From Tubiluchus corallicola (Eukaryota > Animalia > Priapulida): DNA of 64,000 nt. Made by a program: the position numbers and the translations under genes. The notes under the pieces were generated by a model, which saw only the letters and a list, made by a program, of their open reading frames with translations, searched no databases and was not told the origin of the DNA. Of this stretch, positions 1 through 11,056 are shown one piece after another; the stretch's first letter is position 1; each line of letters opens with the position of its first letter. The DNA is taken from NCBI GenBank assembly GCA_030141605.1, contig JAQGDQ010000238.1, positions 62,001 to 126,000 on the forward strand. Direction: 5' to 3'.

Positions 1-184
1 CAGATGATAGAAATCCATCAAACTTTTTTTGCGACTTTTAACATTACCAACATTTCTTTGCAAAATAGGTGAGTACTTTGAAGGGAGTGGTGTTATCTTT
101 TTTGAATAAAAGCTTTGTGACATCGGCACGAGAGCATGACACGAGCACGTCTGTTATAATAGTATAACATTACTAATGAGTTAC

Positions 185-274
185 CTATGTCTATGAGAGC
201 AAACGCAATAATGAAAATAAATGGCGACGTTTGTGAGACAAAGTCGTACATCAAGCTGCCAAATGGATACCCAA
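185..274 (-). CDS. VMAT: VMAT coding exon 6 (VGYPFGSLMYDFVSQTSPFIFIIAFALIDI)
   Basis: Acceptor tgtttcag|TT, donor G|GTAACT, 90 nt, phase 1-1. Confidence 0.92.
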
Positions 275-3200
275 CTGAAACAAACAAAACATAATAATAA
301 TAATAATAATGATAATAATTTTTATTGCCTGAAGTTCATATAAAAATGCTCTTTGGCATACAAACATTTAAAATCCACAAAAAAATCTACGAACTTATTT
401 TAAACAACACAATTACGTCAATTCTTAAAAAACTAACTTTACTACGTTACATAGACACAAACTAAAATAACAAAAAGTTAAGATGCGTCTAAGAATAAAA
501 GTGTTTTAATTTTAAGTTTAAAAACAGCAACACTTCAATGCAATGCAATGCAATGCAATGCAATGCAATGCAATACAATGCAATGCAATGCAATACAATA
601 CAATACAATACAATACAATACAATACAATACAATACAATACAATACAATACAATACAATACAATACAATACAATACAATGCAATACAATATAATACAGTT
701 CTATACAATACAATACAATACAATACAATACAATACAATACAATACAATACAATACAATACAATACAATACAATACAATACAATACAATACAATACAATA
801 CAACACAATACGAATACAATAAATTATAATGCTTGGATTATTATTTTTCTCACTCTAAGTAAACAGCCTGGGAAAAAGAAATTTTTGTCGTGTTTAAGAA
901 TTCTGAATTTCTACAGACAGCTGAGGCTTTAACAAGAAAAACGGACTCCTAGGGTTTTTTAATATAAATTAAACGTACAGTACTATAAGATTTGCATAAC
1001 AGTACAGTGTAATTTCCTCATGTATGGACCTTTATGAGGGTGTATCTGAAAATGCACTAGATTGGCATAAAATCACAGACTCTTTAAATTACTTTCAGTT
1101 AAAATTGACCTGAAGTGTCACTTTTAATGTTGCTGTTAAATTAATGATTAGTTTATGTTAACATTAACTTGTTATATTATGACTCAGTATTAACGTTAAG
1201 TCAATGTTATCTTAAAATTGATGTTAAGTGATGACGTGGGTTTTCCCGGAAACTGTTGACATGAAACAGTGGAACACACGAAATATAAAAATGTCAAGAA
1301 AATACAAATTAACGTAACTTTTATAATGTTTTAAATGCACAATAATGGTTTAAAGTCGCAATCTTTTCTCACGCTTGAAATTTTTTTCGTAAATTATTTT
1401 CGGGACATTAATGCGAGGATATAGCGCAGTGGTCACTGTTACGGTGTGCAGTTAGCGACTTTGGAAGTTAAGCAACACCATGCCTGTTAAGTAAGCAAAA
1501 CGAATGAGTGACTGGTCGGTAAATTGTTTTGGTGCGGTTTAATCTGTCATGTTGGCCAACGTGGCTTTGTTGGCTCAGTGTCTCCTCTTCAAGGATTATC
1601 ATGGACAAGGAGATTCTACAACTGCAAGCCTAAATAAAGTAAATCCTATCCCTAATGCCGGATTCCGACTTACACTGTGCTAGATTTATGAAAAATTATG
1701 CTCCAGGAAATGTACCTTATATATACGATTCATGCTATACCTTATATATACTTTATATATACCTTATATGTACCTTATATACACGATTATATAGCTACAT
1801 GCTAGAATCAACTATATGTATTGCTGTAATAACTGTAATACTACACTAATTGTATTAATTCCATTGGATATAAACGATTATATATATATACGATTCACTA
1901 TGTCATATTTCTTATTAAAAAATACATAGTGCAAACAAGCAGTATACACAACGCCATGATAACCAATGTGTGCCAGTTTGTCAGAGTCGTACGATTACTA
2001 GGAACTGGTGATTTTATAGATTTATCGAACACCCAAAGTGTGCACCCTTATCTCAGCAAATCACTCACGTTGGACTCTTACCTAGAACACCAGCTGCAAT
2101 TCCGCTCAGAGCAATTCCAATAGCTTGACTTCTGTCTTTATCATCTTTGTATACTGCAGCGAGCATTCCCAAACCTAAATTGAAAGTGCTGACGTAATCT
2201 TATACGCAGTATTCAGTTTCTGAAGACAACTTGACATTTTCTCAAATCCTTGTATTGCAGTTTTCAAAATTGTATTGCAAAATTTTCGTTACTTCCTTAT
2301 AGAACTTCACTTAAAAGTGCCTAGCAATTTTGTAATATTACACGAATTGAAAGTGTTCAGAAATGGTTAGAAACGAGGTGCTTTATTATGTCTTTATGCC
2401 AATTCTTTATGCAGCATTATAACTCTGGCACCGTCGCTCATCATTTGCAAATCTCTTGTTTTATTTAGCAGACATTTTGTCATTTCTCTGTGCCCTGACT
2501 AACAGATGTTTTGGACTTAAAAGATGCAAAACTTATGTTGATAAAGACTCGAAAAATACCAGCTGTAGCTGTACATGCCGAACCAATACCATGGATACTT
2601 CTGGCAAAGAATAACCATCCATACGTCTCAGCTACGGAGAATACTGAAGTACAAAACCATACATTGTCAATCTTTACTCGTTACATATTGTGTTATATAT
2701 TTAGCAATTGTGGGACATCAGTTTCTGAATCAATGCTAATTACAAAAGTTAATGTTGAAGTGTTTAATTACTATGTTGAAGAAGCAATGAAATAACAAGC
2801 AAGAAAAATTTAATAATTATGCTATATCTGTGAGGTAAATAAAAATGTGCAAGAAAAAGTACATTTTTAAGTCTTAATAAAACTTGTTTTACTTTGTGGA
2901 CATACATTTGTCGTAAAACATTTTTATAAATCTCTTTGTTCCAAATAATAATAAGGTACGTAAGCCGAAACCTAAACAAAATCAACTGCAGTGTATGTTG
3001 AAACTACGAAGCGCATTCAGAAGGAGATTTCCTCAGCAAAATAGTGTTGCCGGGTGCCATATTTCATCAAGTTTTGTTTGACAACTTTGACAATATAGTC
3101 GTATATATATATATATATATATATAGTTCTGCTGTGATTACAAGATTCTTTGCCTGATGATGATTTGAGATACAATATAAAATTTGCATCTGTAATCTGT

Positions 3201-6200
3201 GCATCTATAATATAGATTATAATCTATAATTTTGATAAAGTGACACTGAATCTCAATTTATTAATTAAATGAGTTTATTTGGAGTTGCTTTTACATTATA
3301 TTATTTAAAATTTTTAGACGATAAATGTTTTTTCAAGAACTGTCATTTGTAGAATGTGAGTTTCCAAATGCGAGAAAAAAGGAAATTTTCCTTACTTATA
3401 GTGGAGAACGTTATTATCAAAATTCCACAGAACATTGGCACTGTGTATCCGATTCTGAAATTAAAAGTACAAAAAATAAAATAGTGTAAATGGTTGCGGG
3501 GTAAACCAGACTAAGACATTCGTTCTTGTTCGTTTAATTAAGTTTGTGATAAGTTCAATAGTAAATAAAAAACTTAAAACTTCAAAAATACAGTAGACAG
3601 ACGAAAAGAGGAAAATTGTTTTCTCTTCTACTTGCTTTGTGCGCGCACAGGACAGGGGGTGTATGTGTATTCTTGTCATAAGAAAGTACACAAAATACAC
3701 AAAATGAATCATGCTAAACCGCAAAAACACAAAATAATTTCATACAGGATGCAGAGCAGACTTATATTCTAATATTCTGAACCTGTACCAGATGATTTGT
3801 TTGAGTTAAAATAAAGAGAATAAAGATCTGCTTATTTTTATATAGTAGCGTTACACTCATCTTAGGACGCCTACTTACATCGCTTGAATAAATATTTCAA
3901 ATATGAAATTACATGTAAAGAAATCAAGTACCAAATTTTGTTCTCCACTGAGTGTCGATCTAAAGATTCTGCTTATCAGATAGTTATTGCATAAGAAAAA
4001 TTTAATTTCCCGAGCCACTCGCTACAAAATGCAATGTCGTTTGGGCGCGGTGGCGCTCTAACATGTTGCGAATATATCAGTTCTTTTAACGAATGTTTCT
4101 GACTAAACACAAACGTATCATGTACCCACAGTGACTAAATAGCGTTACTGAATTAATTTTTAATAAACCTCTCTCCGCCAAACGAGGTGGGTGATGCGAG
4201 GTCTTCATTGAGTGCACCAGACCGTGGAATCCAATTTCAGCCGAATGGCTTCTTTCATCAAGCAGTTAACTTGACATTTATACGTAGATGCGACGTAACC
4301 CAATAATACGCAAGATTTAGCATGTCAGCCAAAATACAAAGAAATAGGTATTCAGAGCGGCGATCATTGTTTGCTTCATTGCCCTATTATTGGTTACGAT
4401 CTAACAAACACCACGTTAGTTTCAAACAGTAGGCAGGTTAATAGACAGATGAACAGACAAAAGAACAGGGAAGCTGACGGGTACACGAATGGGGATTACA
4501 ACCAGTGCAGATACACAGACAGAGAAAAACGTGCTGTGTACACCATAACATACTTGCCTGTTCGTAAGTGGTCCCACAATAACATTAGCTATTAGCTGGA
4601 CCAGAGCTTTTGAAGAAAACAGCCACCCGATTTGACTGTTCTCACTGCCAATGTCATCCACAACTGGACCAGCGGATTTGTTAAGAGACGTTTGTTCAGA
4701 AGTATTGTTGCCAAGAGGTACTGGAAGACGCGACAAACCATTTGTGTAGCCATATTCTTGATGATGTTCTAACACGTACAAGTAATCTGGTATTATTGGA
4801 ACTGAAAATAATGTAATCATAGTCATTACGCTGTGAACTAGAAAAGAAAACACTAGATTATTAGAAAACTAGAATACTAAAAAAACTAGAATGAAATCGA
4901 ATAAAATACATTACTCGGTATTTTATTTTTGTTACAATTGGCATAATATGCACAAATTACACAAACTCATTGCTATTTAAGCCACGTATTAAAATGTTGC
5001 AAATACCTTGTAAAATCGTCAATCAACAAATTAATATTGAAATTAAACCTTTCAATATTTTGCAAGTGAAAATAGCTGGTTTCGGCTAGACAATCACTAG
5101 TACACTTAAATACACTGATAGGTTCTATCTAAGTTTCCGTATCACACATCAACTCACATTTCTGAGTGAGGTATATACACTTTTTGCATGAATGGACTGC
5201 GAGTATGCTTTTTTTATTCATTTTGAAGCGCTATTGCGTTATGCCCTAAAACTGTTGTAAAGAACAAACTTACATTTAATTGAACATCTCAACAATGCAC
5301 TACCGAACAAACTCACACGGTCTTGGATATTTCAGTCATGCAATGAAGAACAAATTCACCCTTATTCACATATTTGAACTATACTTTGAACGATAAAGTT
5401 GGGTATTTCAACTGTGCAAATGAACACTAAAATCACACTTACTTGCATACATTTACTATTTAAAAAAGAACAAACTCACACTTACTTGCAATATTTCAAC
5501 TGTGCCAAAAGAACAAATTTAAACTTATTTCCGTAGTTCCACTATGCAGGGAAAGAATTCAGATTTACTTGCAGTATTTCCACTATAGTCAGGAAAGAAC
5601 AAGCTCACTCTTACTTACACATTTCTACTAAACAGGAAAGAACAAATTCACTCTTGCTTGCACATTTTCACTAAACAGGAAAGAACAAACCCCTCTTGCT
5701 TGCACATTTTCACCATGCAGGAAAGAACAAACTGACTCTTGCTTGCATGTTTTCACAATGCAGGAAAGAGGAAACTCACTCTTGCTTGCATGTTTTCACA
5801 ATGCAGGAAAGAACAAACTCACTCTTGCGTGCATGCTTTCACAATGCAGGAAAGAAGAAACTCACTCTTGCTTGCATGTTTTCACAATGCAGGAAAGAAG
5901 AAACTCACTCTTGCTTGCATGCTTTCACAATGCAGGAAAGAAGAAACTCACTCTTGCATGCATGTTTTCACAATGCAGGAAAGAACAAACTCACTCTTGC
6001 TTGCATGTTTTCACAATGCAGGAAAGAACAAACTCACTCTTGCTTGCATGTTTTCACAATGCAGGAAAGAACAAACTCACTCTTGCTTGCATGCTTTCAC
6101 AATGCAGGAAAGAAGAAACTCACTCTTGCTTGCACGTTTTCACAATGCAGGAAAGAACAAACTCGCTCTTGCTTGCATGCTTTCACAATGCAGGAAAGAG

Positions 6201-6731
6201 CAAACTCACTCTTGCTGTCACATTTCCACTATGTAGAAGAAGACAAACTCAAATTTACTTGGATACAGGAAACAACAAATTCACACTTAGTTCCACAACG
6301 CATGAAAAAACTCACACTTACTTGTGTGCCTCCTCTATACAAGAAAGAGCAAGTTTACCTTTCTTGATTTTTCATTTTTGCAATGGGAAACAAGCATTTA
6401 CCTACATATATCAATAGTGCAGTAAAGAGCAAACCCTCTCTTCTAGCACATTTTCATTACGCAATAAAGAACACTCATACTTCTCGCATATATCGAATGT
6501 GCAGCAAAAGACAATGCGGTATTTCAACAGCCTGCAATTAACAGCTACTGTTGTTTAAAATACGTAGTAAAAGATTCACTTACCCACAACGGTAAGCAAC
6601 ATGTTATCAAGAAGTAAGGACAAGAAGACAATGAAGAGCACAACTCGCTTTGTGGCTCTGACCTTCTCCAAGAGATCATGAAGTTTCGCAGAATTTGTAG
6701 GCAGAAGGCTTTGCAGATGAGACAGCGTCAT
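185..6731 (-). CDS. VMAT: SLC18A / vesicular monoamine transporter (VMAT)-family MFS transporter, 5' part; join(complement) 6584-6731, 4558-4801, 3396-3454, 2560-2643, 2082-2174, 185-274; continues beyond the left edge
   Basis: The spliced translation contains SLC18A hallmarks LLLDNMLLTVVVPIIP, ENSQIGWLFSSKALVQL, GPLTNRIGY, ARSIHGIGSAC, GLGMLAAVY, GVLVGYPFGSLMYDFV. All junctions are phase-compatible with AG acceptors and GT (one GC) donors. Confidence 0.95.
536..820. repeat. (CAATG)n/(CAATA)n pentanucleotide microsatellite in a VMAT intron
   Basis: Tandem pentamers read directly; explains the four ORFs at 489-932. Confidence 0.97.
1414..1655 (+). mobile_element. Decayed SINE with a tRNA-like head and a 5S rRNA-derived core
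   Basis: GGATATAGCGCAGTGG head, then GGAAGTTAAGCA...GCCTGTTAAGTA...GAATGAGTGACT resembling the 5S internal control region (GGAAGCTAAGCA..GCCTGGTTAGTA..GGATGGGAGACC). A related copy lies at about 25820. Confidence 0.55.
2082..2174 (-). CDS. VMAT: VMAT coding exon 5 (GLGMLAAVYKDDKDRSQAIGIALSGIAAGVL)
   Basis: Acceptor caatttag|GT, donor G|GTAAGA, 93 nt, phase 1-1. Confidence 0.93.
2560..2643 (-). CDS. VMAT: VMAT coding exon 4 (IFSVAETYGWLFFARSIHGIGSACTATA)
   Basis: Acceptor acttcag|TA, donor G|GTATTT, 84 nt, phase 1-1. Confidence 0.93.
3396..3454 (-). CDS. VMAT: VMAT coding exon 3 (RIGYTVPMFCGILIITFSTI)
   Basis: Acceptor taatttcag|A, donor A|GTAAGG, 59 nt. Not in the ORF track; matches the SLC18A RIGY..P.F.G motif. 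Confidence 0.93.
4558..4801 (-). CDS. VMAT: VMAT coding exon 2 (VPIIPDYLY...lumenal loop...VGPLTNR)
   Basis: Acceptor tattttcag|TT; 244 nt; ends AAC AG|GCAAGT (GC donor, phase 2). N-glycosylation sequons NNT/NTS and NKS are in the loop. Confidence 0.93.
5260..6500. repeat. 43-bp minisatellite (consensus AAAGAACAAACTCACTCTTGCTTGCATGTTTTCACAATGCAGG); homogeneous core about 5590-6240, degenerate flanks
   Basis: About 13 near-identical head-to-tail units with no spacers. The overlapping ORFs show a 43-aa periodicity (3 units = 129 nt). Confidence 0.95.
6584..6731 (-). CDS. VMAT: VMAT coding exon 1 (MTLSHL...LLLDNMLLTVV, TM1)
   Basis: ATG at 6731; donor G|GTAAGT at 6583 (phase 1). A probable acceptor tctcag lies near 6760, so an upstream exon and a longer N-terminus are possible. 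Confidence 0.9.
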
Positions 6732-8010
6732 TCCCTTTGTTTGCTGGTGTACCGTTAGTCTGAGAATCTTCGAGAAAAAGTTTGTTATTGACTTTGCTCC
6801 ACTAAATTTTTCTGCCAATTACACTTATTTCTCCTAGACTGCTTCGCTATGCTATTTACGTTCCTATTTAGACCTGACAAGATTTCACTCCCTTCTTCGT
6901 TATTATATAACCGTTTATAATAATTTCTTACGCTTACAATATACATTTTCATATATATTACTATCTTGTTTTCAAATCTTATCCTTAACTGGCCCGATTT
7001 TTCTCGACATAGGTAGTATCTATAGTAGCTTTTAGCGTCTTGGTCGCCAACGTGATTTCTTTTTATGTCTTCAAATAGTAAACATATGTTTTTGGATTAT
7101 TTTAGGTAGCTTTACTTCAATAAACAATAAAGGCTATAATTTTTACACTATTTTAGTTTTCATTTTTTTGCAAATGTATCAAACTTTTCCCCACCTTTAA
7201 AAATCTCAAATTGATTTTTTTCTCTGCCAGCTTCCTACACCAGAACGTCTCTTCGCTGTGTATTCTGTGCAAAACTATGCATTATATTCACACAATGGTT
7301 TCATAGACTCACTCGAGCTGTCTCGTTCTGCGAGTTCTTTTTTCAAACCGCCACACCATCATTTCATGGTAATAAAAAATATAACATGCGTAAAATACCA
7401 TCGAAAATGAGTTAGGTGGTTTTACTTTTTCGACTTTCTTATGACAGGATTTCTAGCTTTCATTCACTATTACGAATTTGGAATAACAAGTAAAAGCCAG
7501 TCCAGCATACGCGCACATTCCAGATTCTCTCACTCAACGAAAGCCGTTACTTTAACGCGAAGAACTCTCGGTCATATCTTCTATAGGCAGATCGTAAGAC
7601 AGGATTTTGCGCACGCATCGTTTCCAGTTTCATTCATAAAACTGGTATGAAACGATCAAAAGTCTATTAGACCATTTAGTGTAAGAAATACCTAACAATA
7701 ATACGAGACCTCAGCTATCATTCGTATGAAAGTTAGCAAGATCCTCCATGCTATTGCTGCCATTCCAGTTCAGTTTTTGTCAGTTTCGAATTGTTTTACC
7801 TTTTTTCTAGCTTTCAAAATCTGCATCCGGCATAAGTTTAAAATGCTTAAGAGGCCATTGTCAGATATAGACTATTTCATTTAGGGTTCAAATAGTATGG
7901 AGCACAATGATCTCATCATAAATTAATGGCCAAGTTTGGGTTATTTTTGTGTGGAGACACAGAGAGATTTATTTATTTATTTATTTAATATCTTTATTAA
8001 AAAACCTCTA

Positions 8011-8352
<342 letters not shown>

Positions 8353-8720
8353 GGGGGCAGGGGGCAGAGAGGGGAGTAAAAAGGCAGGTGAAGTGACCAT
8401 GCATTTTCATGCTAAACCCGACGCTTAGTTAGTCTTGCGTTTAAAGCTAAAGCTCCATAATTGTTTTCTATCTATTGAAGCAGGGAAGCGAAGGTTTATC
8501 GCTGAGAGCAAGATGATATTGAGTCTAATATTAAATCATGCGGTCTATTATTGCCGTTCAACCTAACTGCCGGAATGTAGATAAGAAGCCATGCCTGGGC
8601 TTGCCAGATAACGGTCACGTGATCAATGGCATACTTAGACAGGATCAGTGCGTGGCTACATTATTTTCTCCTGCGCTTTTTATCTTACTGAATAACGGGC
8701 CAGTAATGTATGGCGGTTCT

Positions 8721-9258
8721 TAGGGCCGGTGCTAGTAATTGCAGGGCCCACTTAGGAAATTGTGAGGGGGCCCTCTACCCCGCAGCTCACAAATGCTGCA
8801 GAACAGTGTAAACCATCTGGATATGCTTATCAAACAATACAACTTTATATTCCAAGCGTTACGTTATATAATCTCATTAATAGCACTCTTTCTGTGTGGA
8901 ATGTTTGAATATCATCCACACAAGCTGTAAAATTAAAGTAGAGTGATAATCTAACTAATGCATATAGGGCTCGTCAATTACCTTATTTTAAGAAGGCAAA
9001 TGGCGACTATAGACTGAAATTACAAAATAAATAAACAAACGATCAGCAAAAAAAATATTGAAACATAGATATACGAGGACAGATTGAATAGGTTTCACTT
9101 GCCTTCATAGTATCAAGAAACTTCGAGCACCCTGGACATTCATAGCGTCACTAATTCATTATAGCGTCCTCCGATCGAGCGTGTGCGCGGGGGGGGGGGG
9201 CTCTTGGCGCTGGGCCTAATTTGAACAAATCTGTCTAATTGGCTTAAAACCGGCATCA
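8721..9258. mobile_element. Probable decayed non-autonomous hAT-type element
   Basis: Ends TAGGGCCGGT... and ...AAAACCGGCATCA are imperfect inverted termini, with GGGCCC-rich subterminal motifs; no clear TSD. Confidence 0.4.
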
Positions 9259-9304
9259 CAGTTAGCCCTATCGTGCTTTCCTCACTAGTGTCCCCTCAAC
9301 ACAA

Positions 9305-9605
9305 GGCAAAATTCACACGGCAGAGCGATTTCAAATCGTTTTGAGAAAAAAATGTTTTCATCAAACCGTTTTCAGATATTCACACCGTTATCGGACAAAC
9401 CGTTTAAAAACAAACAGAAGACACGTTATATGCATTTTTGTAGCACGTCGTTCAAATGATTTTAGAGAAAAAAGTTTTGAAAAAGTCACTGATAGGTTTG
9501 ATTTTAAAACGTTTTTAAGAGGTAAAAGGCTACTGAGTTTAATTTTTTGAAAAACCCAAATCTTTTTGAAAACATTTTCAAAACGGTTTACATTTGCCGT
9601 TTGAA
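9305..9605. mobile_element. MITE, PIF/Harbinger-like termini
   Basis: TTCACACGGCA (9312) / TGCCGTTTGAA (9595) inverted repeat with 1 mismatch, plus internal inverted AAACCGTTTT/AAAACGGTTT motifs. Confidence 0.5.
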
Positions 9606-10974
9606 AAAAACAATTCCGGTTTATTAAATTATTTTTCAGATCAGCCACGTGCCTTGAAGACAGTTCCGAGTATCACTTGGTGCTTTGAAAAATAGCAAAA
9701 ATTCGTATCACGCTTAAATAGTGGAATTTAAACATTTTGGAATTTTTCGCGTTCGACTACCATTCCCGGCTTTATGTAATATTTTTATTTGAGCAGGGCG
9801 GAAAGCTGAATTTAAAAGCCGCATTTTTAAACTTGGTGTAAGAGACTAATAACTTTGCAACTTCTGATGTGCCACAAAACGTATTATCGGATGATGTGTG
9901 TGCAACGTTTCTGACATTCTCTAGCACATTAGTCTGCCCAACTGCTGCCTTCAATCGCAAAGCAATTAAGGCGTTTAAATAAAAGACCGTGAGACTTTTA
10001 TGCGCTAATAGCCACATGGGCCTGTAGCTTTCCGAGTCATGGAGTCAAGATTTTAGACATCGTAAGCCAGCCGTGAAGCCATGTGAGTGCTGTCATCTAT
10101 GAGAGATAACTGCAAAAACGGATGTCACAGAAAAGTAACTTTATAACATAAACTGTTCATATGGGCAATAGTACATTTTTGTAAGGGAATCTATAAATGT
10201 AAGTTTGAACAGTGTGAAATGAAAATTAGAGTAAGAAACATAATTTAAGGCAGTTTGCACAAATGTTGTTTTGTAAAAGAACAAAACTATTATGAGCATT
10301 TATAAAGCATTTATAAGGAAAATTGTTAATGCAAATGCACTGTATAAATCTATAAGCAGAAAATTTCTAAGTTTAGCAATTTTAAAATATTGAAATTAAT
10401 GTACGTATTTATCAGACCAGCTTATGCAACAAACGTTTCGTAACCTTTCAATAAGAACTAATTTTAACCCATTTCTATATGAAATGTAATTAAATAAAGC
10501 AAAATAATTAAGTTCTATTACTACTAACATAATGCTTTGTTTGTGGAGTTTTAAATAGTTTCGTACTAATCAAGAAATGTAGTCTGTAAGGTGAATGGTT
10601 AAATTATCTATTATATTATATCATACATCATAAATTTTGGCTGTTAACTACTTAATTGTACTTCGGTTTTTTTTCTAATTTGTGCCACAATTTATTGTAT
10701 TATTTGTATTAATTTGTGATGTGCAGATTAACTTCGTAAAGTTTGAAATAAAATATTAAATAAAAAAAATCAGATCTTAATTCTGTCGAATTTCCTTGTT
10801 TTAGATGCCTTGATAATGAACGGTTTTGTTCAAAATCGGTCGACAATAAATTCCATGTTTGGGCCAATATATACATGAAAACCATTCTCACATTTAACTT
10901 TCAGGACCTAAAATTATATGCAAAATAAATATATTATATATGTATACACATATATTATATATGTACCTATATAA

Positions 10975-11003
10975 ACACACACACACACACGCACGCACGC
11001 ACG

Positions 11004-11049
<46 letters not shown>

Positions 11050-11056
11050 TATACAA
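10975..11056. repeat. (CA)n/(CACG)n microsatellite
   Basis: Read directly. Confidence 0.95.

Noticed and set aside
1455-1520. 5S rRNA gene
   Set aside because: Only the internal control region is similar, and it is diverged with no 5S termini; treated as a SINE.
5590-6417. CRISPR-like array, or a Cys/His-rich repeat protein (ORFs of 165-224 aa)
   Set aside because: Units are head-to-tail with no unique spacers and no cas genes. All three frames give the same periodic peptide, and the array lies antisense within a VMAT intron.
6732-6818. N-terminal extension MAEKFS... of VMAT in the ORF track
   Set aside because: It starts at TTG, not ATG, and crosses a probable splice acceptor near 6760.
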